NCBI GenBank assembly: GCA_963842525.1
Contig: CAWJGT010000023.1
Span: 320,001 to 384,000, forward strand
Reading direction: 5' to 3'
Source: an uncultured Holophagales bacterium
Lineage (GTDB): Bacteria > Acidobacteriota > Thermoanaerobaculia > Multivoradales > UBA5704
DNA: 64,000 bases
In this document: positions 44,209 through 54,324 of the stretch, piece by piece
How the letters are laid out: each line of letters begins with the position of its first letter
How positions within the stretch are numbered: the first letter of the stretch is position 1
Notes under the pieces: generated by a model
Told to the model about the DNA's origin: nothing
Database searches by the model: none
What the model saw: only the letters and a program-made list of their open reading frames with translations
Position numbers and translations under genes: made by a program

Positions 44209-45138
44209 ATGCTGACGACCGAATCCGATCTCGTCCGTTCTCCCCGCCATCCCGAGATCGACCATGTCCTGTTCGCGAGCCGGCATGTGCTGGTCGGGCA
44301 ATTCCGGGTCGCCGTGGGCAACGCCGTTTTTCACGACACGGGTGCGATCCAGAACTACCTGGTCGCCTTTCCTCGCATCAGTGTGCGGATTCGCCACGAA
44401 GGAAGGCCAGCCTTCGTCGCCGACCCTTCCATCGCCACGATCTACAACCGCGGTCAGATCTACCGGCGGGACGCTATCTCCGCCGACGGGGACCGCAGCG
44501 ACTGGTTCGCGATCGATCCGCTGCTCGCCCGCTCGATCGTGGCGAAGCTCGATCCTTCTGCCGCAGAAGCTCCGGAGCGTCCGTTCCGCTTCGAGTTTGC
44601 TCCGGTCGCGGCGCAGCTCTTCTTACGGCAGCGGCTGCTGGTCCGGCGAGCACAGGCTGCACCGCTCGAAGAGCTGGAGATGGAGGAAGAGGCCGTCGGC
44701 ATCGTCGCCGATGTCCTCTCTGCGGCGGGTGCAGCTTTTGGGAGGAAGCCGGACGCTCAGAAGGTCGATCCGCGGCCGCTGGCGGAGCACGCTCGCGAGC
44801 TGCTCGCCACGACGTTCGCCGAGCCGCTCTCCCTGGTGGAGATCGCAGACCGCCTGGGCTGCTCCCCGTATCATCTCTGCCATTGCTTCCGCCGCGCGAC
44901 CGGAACGACCCTCCATGGCTACCGGATGCAATTGCGGCTGCGCACCGCGCTCGAACGGTTGGGCGAGCCGGACGTCGACCTGACGGAGCTGGCGCTCGAC
45001 CTCGGCTACTCGAGCCACAGCCACTTTACGATGAGCTTCGGGCGCTTCTTCGGCGCGGCGCCTTCGAAGCTGCGCACGCAGTTGCGGGCGGCGTCGCGAC
45101 CAGCAGGAGGCGATCCCACTCCGGCTCGACCGAGGTGA
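44209..45138 (+). CDS. AraC family transcriptional regulator
   Basis: C-terminal double HTH: LVEIADRLGCSPYHL...FRR, LTELALDLGYSSHSHFT..F. Confidence 0.92.
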   Translation: MLTTESDLVRSPRHPEIDHVLFASRHVLVGQFRVAVGNAVFHDTGAIQNYLVAFPRISVRIRHEGRPAFVADPSIATIYNRGQIYRRDAISADGDRSDWFAIDPLLARSIVAKLDPSAAEAPERPFRFEFAPVAAQLFLRQRLLVRRAQAAPLEELEMEEEAVGIVADVLSAAGAAFGRKPDAQKVDPRPLAEHARELLATTFAEPLSLVEIADRLGCSPYHLCHCFRRATGTTLHGYRMQLRLRTALERLGEPDVDLTELALDLGYSSHSHFTMSFGRFFGAAPSKLRTQLRAASRPAGGDPTPARPR

Positions 45139-46363
45139 CAGTGGCGAGCAACGCCAGGCCAATGCCTGCGGCGCCGGTCAGGAAACCGACGTCCTCCCCC
45201 CAGACCGACGGCCAGTCCTGGCCGGCGACCCGGGCCTCGAGCCCCAGCCGGTACCACAGGCGCGCGGCGTCCGCGAACAGCTCGTTCCCGCCGGCCTGGT
45301 AGATGCGGTTGTACAGGTGGGCGAGCCCGAGAGCGCCGTGGCACAGTCCCGTGGCCTGCACGCCGGCATCTTCCGGCGCGGCGCAGGCCGCATGGGCGGC
45401 GATCGCCAGCGCCATGTCCTCCCACTCTTTCATCCCGACAGCGCGGGCGGCATAAAGAAGGGTCGCAGCAACCCCTGGATCGCCGTAGCACCAGGCGAGC
45501 CGCGAGGGCTTCGCCTCGATGCCTGTGCCGACCCGGGAGGGGTAGCAGGCCCCCTTCTGCCCTGCGAGAGGCTGCAGCGCCAGCCAGCGCACCGCACCGT
45601 CGAGCAGGGGGCGCGCCCGGTCCTGCCGGATTCCCAGGCGGCAGGCGGCGGCCAGCAGGGCGATGATGCCGGGGACGCCGTGCGCCACCCCCAGATCGTA
45701 ATAGCCGTAGGGCGTGTGCTCCCGGCCGGCGCTGGACAGGACCTCGGGGGGCCTGAACCAGGTGACCTCCTGTCCGTTCCTCTCGGCGCTCTCGTCCAGC
45801 CGGTCGACGATGGCCTCCAGGCAGCGTACGGCCGACGGGCGGGGGAAGCGCTCCAGGGCATAGACGCCGAAACCGACGAGCCCGCTCGTGAGGTCGTAGT
45901 CGCCCGCCCAGGAGAGGCGGTCGAGCGCCGTCAGGAGGGCCTGGTCGACCTCCTCGCCCATGTCCTCGTCTTCGACTCCGCTCGCCTCCTCCTCCTGCTC
46001 GTCCTGGCCGTCCAGCAGGCTGCCCAGGTGCTCCGCGGCCCAGGCGACGCCTGTAAAACCGGAGTAGAGGGCCGGGCGGGTCGGGGCCATGGCGAGGGCC
46101 TCGACCGCCTGGTTCAGGCGCTGTCGCGCCCACGCGGCATGGCGTTCGGCCCCCGTGGCACTGAAGAGATAGCCGTGGAAGAGCGCCTGGCCCGCGGCGC
46201 CGCCGCCCAGGGAGACGACGCGGTCCATCCAACCGTCGGCGTGATATTCGCGGGGATCTCCAGGGGACCAGGCCTCTAGGGCCTGGGCGACGGCGTTCAC
46301 CGCCTCCCAGGCCCGGACTGCGAGGTCGCCATCGAGCAACGGGCGCCAGCGGCTCGATTTCAC
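45026..46363 (-). CDS. lanC: Lanthionine synthetase C-like cyclase
   Basis: GVAHG, WCYG, LCHG and GFLTG.AG motifs; GTG start 4 nt after the precursor stop. Confidence 0.88.
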   Translation of the reverse strand: MKSSRWRPLLDGDLAVRAWEAVNAVAQALEAWSPGDPREYHADGWMDRVVSLGGGAAGQALFHGYLFSATGAERHAAWARQRLNQAVEALAMAPTRPALYSGFTGVAWAAEHLGSLLDGQDEQEEEASGVEDEDMGEEVDQALLTALDRLSWAGDYDLTSGLVGFGVYALERFPRPSAVRCLEAIVDRLDESAERNGQEVTWFRPPEVLSSAGREHTPYGYYDLGVAHGVPGIIALLAAACRLGIRQDRARPLLDGAVRWLALQPLAGQKGACYPSRVGTGIEAKPSRLAWCYGDPGVAATLLYAARAVGMKEWEDMALAIAAHAACAAPEDAGVQATGLCHGALGLAHLYNRIYQAGGNELFADAARLWYRLGLEARVAGQDWPSVWGEDVGFLTGAAGIGLALLATVTSVEPEWDRLLLVATPPATACAASKAPRRRSARSSS

Positions 46364-46367
46364 AGTC

Positions 46368-46550
46368 CTAATCGCAACAAGCAATGGTCCCCGGAAAGCT
46401 GCAGTCGCAGGTGGCGTAGGCTTGAGTCCAGCCTGGACAAGTATAGCGGCCCTGGGTGGGAGCTGCCCCAACCACTTCCTGCAGATTGCGCTCGGACAGG
46501 TTGCGCAGGGTCTCTCGGTGGAGCTGGAGCTTCTTGACGTTCTTGTTCAT
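46368..46550 (-). CDS. Lanthipeptide precursor LanA1 (60 aa)
   Basis: MNKNVKKLQLHRETLRNL leader; core with 5 Cys and 6 Ser/Thr; AAGGAG RBS; directly upstream of lanC. Confidence 0.85.
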   Translation of the reverse strand: MNKNVKKLQLHRETLRNLSERNLQEVVGAAPTQGRYTCPGWTQAYATCDCSFPGTIACCD

Positions 46551-46662
46551 GCGGCTCTCCTTCAATAAAGAGTTGTGTGTGCCAGGTTCTCGCCTCAGAC
46601 CAGAAACCGGCCGGGCCGCTTCCTGGCTCACATCTACTGTGGCGTAATCGGCGACGCCCGGC

Positions 46663-46829
46663 TATCAGAGTGGAAGAGCGCCTGGCCCGCGGTGCCGCCG
46701 CCCAGGGAGACGATGCGGTCCATCCAACCGTCGGCGTGCTGTTCGCGGGGATCTCCAGGGGACCAGGCTTCGAGGAGGGCCTGGGAGACGGCGTTCACCG
46801 CCTCCCAGGACCTAGAGGCTCGATTTCAC
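46663..46829 (-). pseudogene. Degenerate 5' duplicate of lanC
   Basis: Highly similar to 46170-46363 (AWEAVNAV...DGWMDR.VSLGGG.AGQALFH) with an early stop and deletion. Confidence 0.85.
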
Positions 46830-46863
46830 GGTCAGCCAGCGCCTCCGCGGAGCGTCGCGCTAC

Positions 46864-47043
46864 TTACCCGCAACAAGCAAAGGTTTCCGGGAGACTGCAG
46901 TCGCAGGTGGCGTAGGCTTGAGTCCAGCCTGGACAAGTTCGGCCCTGGGTTAGAGCTGCCCCGGCCACTTCCTGCAGATTGCGCTCGGACAGGTTGCGCA
47001 GGGTCTCTCGGTGGAGCTGGAGCTTCTTGACGTTCTTGTTCAT
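46864..47043 (-). CDS. Lanthipeptide precursor LanA2 (59 aa; absent from ORF track)
   Basis: Manual translation MNKNVKKLQLHRETLRNLSERNLQEVAGAALTQGRTCPGWTQAYATCDCSLPETFACCG*; GAGGAG RBS. Confidence 0.85.
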   Translation of the reverse strand: MNKNVKKLQLHRETLRNLSERNLQEVAGAALTQGRTCPGWTQAYATCDCSLPETFACCG

Positions 47044-47136
47044 TCGGTTCTCCTCTGCGAAGAGTTGTATGTGCCAGGTCGCACCTCAGGTCAGGAACCG
47101 GCCGAGCCGCGTCCTGGCTCGCGTAGAGTCTGGCGC

Positions 47137-47168
47137 GACCGGGCGATGCCCGGCTATCAAAAAATTGC
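47137..47168. promoter_or_regulatory. 32-bp motif copy 2, upstream of lanA2
   Basis: GACCGGGCGATGCCCGGCTATCAAAAAATTGC; a partial third copy lies at ~46649-46667 upstream of lanA1. Confidence 0.65.
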
Positions 47169-47294
47169 TCCGCGGAGGCCTACCGGATGCGTCCCCCCTC
47201 TCCCGGCGGGGGGTGGAAGGAAGACGGGAGAGGGGGACAGGGGGTGAGGATACAGGGCGACGCCGACAGCAGGACTTTCGAAAAGCCCCCTTAC

Positions 47295-47708
47295 TTACTC
47301 ACCCTTCTCGCAGTTGACCATCCAAGGCGTGCCGAACCGATCGGTGACCATGCCGAAGCCGCCGACGGCCCAGAAGGTCTTTTCGAACGGCATGATCACC
47401 GTCCCACCCTCCGCCAGCGCATTGAAGGTGCGTTGTGCATCGGCCGACTTCTCGATGTGGATCGACACGAACAGGCCTCGGGGTTTCTCGTACCGGTCCG
47501 GCGGAGCGTCGGACGCCATCAAGGCCTGGTCGCCGACGACGAGGTGGGCATGCATCACCCTGTTGTGCGTCTCGGGCGGCATCTCGGCTGCCATCGGCGA
47601 CTCGCCATAGGTCATCATCATTTCGATCTTGCCGCCGAACACCTGCTCATAGAACCGGAACGCTTCCGCGCACTGGCCTTTGAAGTTGAGATATGGAGTG
47701 AATTTCAT
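47295..47708 (-). CDS. VOC / PhnB-like protein
   Basis: PYLNF.G.C.EA..FY, MHAHL, MPFEKTFW..FGM.TDRFG.PWMVN. Confidence 0.9.
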   Translation of the reverse strand: MKFTPYLNFKGQCAEAFRFYEQVFGGKIEMMMTYGESPMAAEMPPETHNRVMHAHLVVGDQALMASDAPPDRYEKPRGLFVSIHIEKSADAQRTFNALAEGGTVIMPFEKTFWAVGGFGMVTDRFGTPWMVNCEKGE

Positions 47709-47738
47709 GCTGTCCTCCTTTGGTGGTTTCGAGTGACT

Positions 47739-48035
47739 CTAACCGCCGGCGATGGCAGCTACGATGAGAAAAGGCTCCGCTCCCGTCGCGACTGCCTCGG
47801 GGACCGGGGCGTCCGGCGGCTCATGGGAGAGGTCCTGCTCACAGGCAAAGAACCTTACGAAGGGACGACGACGCAGCGTGCCGTGGTCGCGGATCGTCCC
47901 GCGCAGCACCGGATAGCGGGCTTCGAGAGCATCGAGGATCGAGCGCTGCGTCGCCGGGCCCTCGACCTCCAGCTCCACCTCTTCGCCGGTGCGCGCCAGC
48001 GTCCGCAGATGGGGAGGAATGACGACCCGGATCAT
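47739..48035 (-). CDS. MoaD/ThiS family ubiquitin-like protein
   Basis: 98 aa, RRPFVRFF, C-terminal AIAGG; ATGA overlap with the upstream gene. Confidence 0.88.
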   Translation of the reverse strand: MIRVVIPPHLRTLARTGEEVELEVEGPATQRSILDALEARYPVLRGTIRDHGTLRRRPFVRFFACEQDLSHEPPDAPVPEAVATGAEPFLIVAAIAGG

Positions 48036-49147
48036 GGCAGCGTCTGGACCTCGACGGAGAGGACGGGCGGCAAGTCCCGGACGATCGGAGCCCAGGTGTC
48101 CCCGGCGTTGGACGAGGCATAGACCTGCCCGCCGGTCGTTCCGAAGTAGATGCCGCACGAATCCAGAGCATCGACGGCCATCGCGTCGCGCAGGATGTTG
48201 ACGTAGCAGTCGCTCTGCGGCAGCCCGTTCGTGAGCGCCTCCCACTCGTTTCCGCCCGTCCGGCTGCGGTAGACACGCAGCTTCCCGTCGGGGGGAAAAT
48301 GCTCGGAATCGCTCTTGATCGGGACGACGTAGATGGTCTCGGGCTCGTGCGCGTGGACCGCGATCGGGAAGCCGAAATCGCTCGGCAGGTTGCCGCTGAC
48401 CTCGTGCCACGACTCGCCGGCGTCGTCGCTGCGCATGACGTCCCAGTGCTTCTGCATGAAGAGCACGTCCGGGCGCGACGGGTGCATGGCGAGGCAGTGG
48501 ACGCAGTAGCCGACCTCGGCATCCGGATCGGGAAGCTCGTACCCCATCTTCAGGCCGCGGTTCACCGGCTGCCAGGTCGCCCCGCCGTCGTCGGTCCGGA
48601 ACGCGCCCGCGGCCGAGATGGCGATGAAGATCCGGTCGGGATTTCTCGGATCGAGGAGAATCGTGTGCAGGCACATCCCGCCGGCACCCGGCTGCCAGAG
48701 GTGTCCCTTGGCGCTGCGCAGCCCGGGGAGCTCCTCCCAGGTCTGGCCGCCGTCGACCGACCGGAACAGGGCGGCATCCTCCACCCCTGCGTAGACGGTA
48801 TCCGGATCGGTCAGCGACGGCTCCAGATGCCAGACGCGCTTGAACTCCCAGGGGTGCTGCGTGCCGTCATGCCACTGGTGCGTGCCGGGGACCCCGTCGT
48901 AGGCGAATTTATTGCCGACCGCGTCCCACGTGCTGCCGCCGTCGTGGGAGCGCTGGATGATCTGTCCGGACCAGCCGCTGGACTGCGACGCATACAGCCG
49001 GTCCGGGTCCACGGGAGAGCCCTTGACGTGGTAGACCTCCCAGCCCGCGAAGTGAGGCCCGCTGACGTCCCACCGTTCGCGCTTTCCGTCCGACGTCAGG
49101 ACGAACGCGCCCTTGCGTGTACCAACCAATACCCGTACCCCGCTCAT
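48032..49147 (-). CDS. Cytoplasmic BNR/Asp-box beta-propeller protein
   Basis: [10 protein letters not shown] start; repeated RSxDGGxTW; no signal peptide. Confidence 0.88.
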   Translation of the reverse strand: MSGVRVLVGTRKGAFVLTSDGKRERWDVSGPHFAGWEVYHVKGSPVDPDRLYASQSSGWSGQIIQRSHDGGSTWDAVGNKFAYDGVPGTHQWHDGTQHPWEFKRVWHLEPSLTDPDTVYAGVEDAALFRSVDGGQTWEELPGLRSAKGHLWQPGAGGMCLHTILLDPRNPDRIFIAISAAGAFRTDDGGATWQPVNRGLKMGYELPDPDAEVGYCVHCLAMHPSRPDVLFMQKHWDVMRSDDAGESWHEVSGNLPSDFGFPIAVHAHEPETIYVVPIKSDSEHFPPDGKLRVYRSRTGGNEWEALTNGLPQSDCYVNILRDAMAVDALDSCGIYFGTTGGQVYASSNAGDTWAPIVRDLPPVLSVEVQTLP

Positions 49148-49376
49148 CCGTAGCTCCTTTCTACGCTGAAATCCCGCCGGCGAGCATCGCGCCGGGGCAC
49201 AGTCTATCCGAAAGCGGTGTCAGGTCGACGTTGCCATCGACTCATTCGCTCTCGGGGTTCTCAGGTAGCCCGGACGGGGCCTCCGTCCGCTCATGCACCC
49301 CTCGTGTAGTATTGCCTGGGGCGGAGCGCACCCCCCAACGGAAACCGAGGGCATTCTGCTCGCAGGAGGAACCGCG

Positions 49377-50453
49377 ATGGCCAGCGAAGTCTCCGAGACT
49401 CACCACTCGCCGCCCGCGCTCGCCGAGATGCACGTCGTCTGGGTCACGGCCGGCCTCGGATGCGATGGCGATACCATCGCGATGACCGCCGCCACCCAGC
49501 CCAGCCTCGAGGATCTGGTCATGGGCGCGCTGCCCGGTGTCCCGCGGGTCCTGCTGCACAACCCCGTGCTCGCCTACGAGAACGCCGACGAGTTCCTCGC
49601 GATCCTGCGCCGCGCCGCCGACGGGCAGCTCGATCCGTTCATCCTCGTCTTCGAAGGCTCCGTCCCCGACGAGACGCTCGCCGGTGAGGGGTGCTGGGCC
49701 GGCCTCGGCGTCGATCCGCTGACCGGCCAGCCGATCTCGACCTGCTCCTGGATCGACCGCCTGGCGCCCCGCGCCTGGGCGGTGGTCGCGGCCGGGACCT
49801 GCGCGACCTACGGCGGTATTCATGCGATAGCCGGCAATCCCACGGGCTGCCGGGGCCTGCCGGACTACCTCGGCTGGACGTGGAGGTCCAAGGCGGACAT
49901 CCCCATCGTCTGCGTCCCGGGCTGCCCGATCCAGCCGGACAGCTTCATGGAGGTCCTGCTCTACCTGCTGTACCAGGCCGTAGGCTCCGCGCCGATGATC
50001 CCCCTCGACCAGGCGCTGCGCCCCAACTGGCTGTTCACCGAGACGGTTCATGAAGGATGCGATCGCGGCGGGTTCTACGAGCAGGCCGACTTCGCCAAGG
50101 AGTACGGCACCAAACCGTGCATCGTGAAGCTGGGTTGCTGGGGCCCGGTCGTGCAGTGCAACGTCCCCAAGCGCGGCTGGATGAGTGGCATCGGCGGCTG
50201 CCCCAACGTGGGAGGGGTCTGCATCGGCTGCACGATGCCGGGCTTCCCCGACAAGTTCATGCCCTTCATGGACGAGCCGCCTGGGGCTCACATGTCGACT
50301 GCGGCGGTCGTCACCTACGGGCGCACCGTGCGGGCGCTGCGCCAGTTCACTCTCGGCTCGATGAATCGCGAGCCGGAGTGGCGGAGGCCGGGCAACGGGC
50401 CGACGGCAGCCGGCGAAAACCTGGGCGGAGTCAAGGGAAAGCCGGGGAAATAG
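49377..50453 (+). CDS. hhyS: Group 1h [NiFe]-hydrogenase small subunit
   Basis: GLGCDGD, GTCATYGG, GCP, HEGCDR...CIVKLGCWGP and CIGCTMPGFPD Fe-S motifs; no Tat signal; AGGAGG RBS. Confidence 0.9.
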   Translation: MASEVSETHHSPPALAEMHVVWVTAGLGCDGDTIAMTAATQPSLEDLVMGALPGVPRVLLHNPVLAYENADEFLAILRRAADGQLDPFILVFEGSVPDETLAGEGCWAGLGVDPLTGQPISTCSWIDRLAPRAWAVVAAGTCATYGGIHAIAGNPTGCRGLPDYLGWTWRSKADIPIVCVPGCPIQPDSFMEVLLYLLYQAVGSAPMIPLDQALRPNWLFTETVHEGCDRGGFYEQADFAKEYGTKPCIVKLGCWGPVVQCNVPKRGWMSGIGGCPNVGGVCIGCTMPGFPDKFMPFMDEPPGAHMSTAAVVTYGRTVRALRQFTLGSMNREPEWRRPGNGPTAAGENLGGVKGKPGK

Positions 50454-52239
50454 ATGCCGGTCGACGGTAGAAACCTGACGGATTTGTCCTGGGATCCGAT
50501 CACCCGGATCATCGGCAGCCTCGGCATCCACACCAAGATCGACTTCGCCAACCGGCAGGTCGTGGAGTGCCGGAGCACCTCCTCGATCTTCCGCGGCTAC
50601 AGCGTCTTCATGCGCGGCAAGGATCCTCGGGACGCCCATTTCATCACCAGCCGGATCTGCGGCATCTGCGGCGACAACCACGCGACCTGCGCGGTCTATG
50701 CCCAGAACATGGCGTTCGGCGTCAATCCGCCCTGGCTCGCCGACTGGATCATCAATTGCGGCGAGGCAGCGGAGTACATGTTCGACCACAACCTCTTCCA
50801 GGACAACCTGGTGGGCGTGGACTTCTGCGAGCAGATGGTACGCGAGACGAACCCGAGCGTGCTCGCCCGCGCCGAGACGACGCCGGCGCCGCACGCTGGG
50901 CGCCACGGCTACCGCACCATCGCCGACATCATGCGTTCCCTCAACCCCTTCAGCGGCCCGCTCTATCGCGAGGCCCTGCAGATGAGCCGCCTGGCTCGCG
51001 AGATGTTCTGCCTGATGGAAGGGCGCCACGTCCACCCCTCCACCCTCTACCCCGGCGGCGTCGGGACGGTGCCGAGCGTGCAGCTCTTCACCGAGTACCT
51101 CGTCCGCCTCATGCGGTACATCGAGTTCCTCAAGCGGATCGTCCCCCTTCACGACGACCTCTTCGACTTCTTCTACGAGGCGCTGCCGGGATATGAGGCG
51201 GTCGGACAGCGGCGGGTGCTCCTCGGCTGCTGGGGCGCCTTCCAGGACCCGGTGGCCTGCGACTTCCGCTACGAGACGATGCCCGCCTGGGGTAGGGCGA
51301 TGTACGTCACGCCCGGGATCGTGGTCGACGGCCAGCTCCTCACCACCGATCTCGTGGAGATCAACCTCGGCATCCGCATCCTGCTGGGCAGCTCCTTCTA
51401 CGACGACTGGCAGGACGGCGAGACGTTCGTGAAGGCCGATCCGCTGGGCAATCCCGTCGACCAGCGCCATCCCTGGAACCAGACGACCCATCCCAAACCG
51501 CAGAAACGCGATTTCGCGGGCCGCTACACCTGGGTGATGTCGCCCCGCTGGTTCGAACGCGCGCTCGCAGTCCTACCTCGCCCTGGACACCGGCGGCGGC
51601 CCGCTGGCGCGGTTCTGGGTCACCGCGCTCGCCGGGCTCGTCGACATCAGCACCGTCAAGGCCACCGGCCATAGCGTCAAGATCCTCCTGCCCAGGACGG
51701 CCTCGCTGCCGGAGACCGAGTTGGAATGGAAGATCCCGCGCTGGGCCAACACTCTTGAGCGGAACCGGGCTCGCACCTACTTCCAGGCCTACGCGGCGGC
51801 GGCGGCCCTCTACTTCGTCGAGCGGGCGATGAAGGAGGTCCATGCCGGCCGTCTGCAGACCTGGAAGGAGTTCCAGGTACCCGAGGAAGGCATCGGCTGC
51901 GGCTTCCACGAGGCGGTGCGGGGATTGCTCTCCCATCACGTGGTCATCCGTAACGGGATCATCGCGAACTATCACCCCTACCCGCCGACCGCCTGGAACG
52001 CCAGCCCCCGCGACTGCTTCGGAGTCCCCGGCCCGTACGAGGACGCCATCCAGAACACCCCGTTGTTCGAGGAAAATGGACCCGAAACCTTCAAAGGAAT
52101 CGATATCATGCGCACGGTGCGCAGCTTCGACCCGTGCATGCCCTGCGGGGTTCACATGTACCTGGGAAACGGCAAGGAGATCGAGGTGCGCCACTCGCCC
52201 ACGTTCGGCATTTCGGCGCCCTCCGTGGAGATTCGATGA
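50454..52239 (+). CDS. hhyL: Group 1h [NiFe]-hydrogenase large subunit (frameshift near 51570)
   Basis: L1 TSRICGICGDNH and L2 SFDPCMPCGVH motifs, split over two frames. Confidence 0.92.
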
Positions 52240-53523
52240 ATCTCGCGTCCGTCGAGCCGATCGCCGATGCCGTCCTCTTCGAAGGCTACCTTCTCTACCC
52301 CTATCGGGCCTCCGCGCTCAAGAACCGCCACCGCTGGATCTTCGGGGTGCTCTGCCCACGGACTGCGAGCGAGGCGCGGGGCGGCCTCGAGCCCTGGACC
52401 CTGCAGAGCGAGTGCCTCCTGGTGGGTAGTGCGGAGACGGAGGTCGAGGCGGTCGTCCGCTTTCTCCACCCGCTCCGCCGCGACCTGGGACGCCTCGGCC
52501 AGCCGGCGGCCGAGCTGCCGGCGACCGGGGCCGACCTCCAGCCGGTGGACTCGCTGCAGGTCGGTGACCGCCTGATCGAAGCCGGCGAGGAAGCCTCTCC
52601 CGCGCGGATCTGCCCTCGACTCCTCCGCCTTCGCGAGCTGGAGGAAGGCTGGGTCCGGCTCCCTTTCGCCTGCGCCGCGCGGCGCGATTTCGAAGCGATC
52701 CGTGACGGAGCGGGTCTGTCGGTGGCAGCATTCGTGCGGGAGCAGGAACGCCTCGAAGGTCTCGTGGAGATTGCAGCGGCGCGCGTCGCCGATGACGTCT
52801 TCAAGCTGACCGTGCGGGTGTTCGAACGTGACGCCGCCGCGCGCGGCGGCGACCGAAGGAGACCGCAAGGTCCTCGATTCGTTCGTCTCGACTCATTGGA
52901 TTCTGGGCGTCCGCGGCGGCGAGCTCGTCTCGCTCCTGGATCCGCCGCCGCCGCTCCGCGCTGCGGCGGAGAGCTGCCGCAACCTCGGGGTCTGGCCGGT
53001 GCTGGTCGGGGCCAGAGGGCGGCGCGACACCGTCCTGTGCTCTCCAATCATCCTCGACGACTACCCCGCGGTCGCGCCGGAGAGCCCGGGAGACTCCTTC
53101 GACGGCACGGAGATCGACGAGCTCCTGACCTTGAGCATCCTGGCGCTCTCCGCGGAGGAGCGGCAGCGCATGGCGGCAGCCGACGAGCGCACGCGCGCCC
53201 TCCTCGAGCGGACGGAGGGGTTGCGGCCGGAGCAGCTCCAGCGGCTCCATGGCACGCTGCGGAGACCTGCCCCGGCTGCCGGCGCCTGGCTCGGCCCCGG
53301 CGACCGGGTCCACCTCCGGCCGCGGGGCCGCGCCGACATCTTCGACCTGGCGCTCGCCGGCCGCCGCGCGACCATCCTCTCGGTCGAGCAGGACGTCGAG
53401 GACCGCGTCTACTACACGGTGACGGTCGACGACGATCCAGGCCGGGATTTGGGAGCGGAAGGCAAGCCCGGTCATCGGTTCTTCTTCGCTCCCGAAGAGG
53501 TCGAGCTCGTGGAGAGCGAATGA
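52236..53523 (+). CDS. Conserved hydrogenase-operon hypothetical protein (frameshift near 52826)
   Basis: ADAVLFEGYLLYPYRASALKN start; SPIILDDYP..APESPGD.FDGTEIDE; C-terminal SH3-like GDRV.LRP...FFF.PEEVE. Confidence 0.75.
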
Positions 53524-54002
53524 TGCGCGTCCTGGTCGGCGGCATCGGCAACGTCTTCCTCGGCGACGACGGCTTCGGCGTCGCGGTGGTGGAGCGCCTG
53601 CGCACAGCGCCGCTGCCGCCGGAGGTGGACGTCGTCGACTTCGGCATCCGCGGCGTCGATCTGGCCTACGCGCTGAGCGAGTACGAGGCCGCCATTCTCG
53701 TCGACTGCGTGCGGCAGGGCGGAGCGGCGGGGACGCTCTACGTGCTGGAGCCGGAAGTGCCGGCGGGCACGGCGGGCGTCGCCATGCATGCCATGACGCC
53801 GGAGCGCGTGCTCCAGTGGCTGCCGCCGGGCAGCGCGCCGCCCATCCTGCGCCTCGTCGGCTGCGAACCGGTCGACTTCGGGCCAGAGGGTCTCGGGCGT
53901 GAAGGTCTGTCGGGACCGGTGCTCGCCAGCGTCGAAGAGGCCGTCGGCCTCGTGAAGGGGCTCCTCGACGAGCTGACGCGGGTCGGGGCAGGCCATGCAT
54001 GA
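53520..54002 (+). CDS. Hydrogenase maturation protease
   Basis: GIGNVFLGDDGFG, DFGIRG, VGCEP. Confidence 0.9.
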   Translation: MMRVLVGGIGNVFLGDDGFGVAVVERLRTAPLPPEVDVVDFGIRGVDLAYALSEYEAAILVDCVRQGGAAGTLYVLEPEVPAGTAGVAMHAMTPERVLQWLPPGSAPPILRLVGCEPVDFGPEGLGREGLSGPVLASVEEAVGLVKGLLDELTRVGAGHA

Positions 54003-54324
54003 GCTGGCGATCACTCAGGAGATCGTAGCCCTCGTCGCCGAGCGCGCGGGCGAGACCCGGGTCACCCGCATCGTCCTGGAGATCGGCCGATTGTCGGCGG
54101 TGTTGCCGGACGCCGTCCGCTTCTGCTTCGACCTCTGCGCCGAGGGGACGCCGCTCCAGGGCGCGACGCTGGAGGTCATCGAGACGCCCGGACAGGCGCG
54201 CTGCCGGCAATGCGGGGAGACGGTGAGGCTCGAGCGGCCGTTCGGCTGGTGCCGTTGCGGCGGCTCGGACCTCGAATGGCTCAGCGGCGACGAGCTCAAG
54301 ATTCGCGAGATCGAGGTGACCTGA
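53995..54324 (+). CDS. hypA: Nickel metallochaperone HypA
   Basis: MHE start; CRQC and CRCG zinc ligands; G.EL.I.EIEV. Confidence 0.95.
   Translation: MHELAITQEIVALVAERAGETRVTRIVLEIGRLSAVLPDAVRFCFDLCAEGTPLQGATLEVIETPGQARCRQCGETVRLERPFGWCRCGGSDLEWLSGDELKIREIEVT

Noticed and set aside
46368-47043. lanA1/lanA2 as a diversity-generating retroelement TR/VR pair
   Set aside because: The differences are not adenine-specific, include an indel, and no reverse transcriptase is present.
47055-47080. Sigma54 promoter upstream of lanA (TGGCAC)
   Set aside because: No TTGC at the required -12 spacing.
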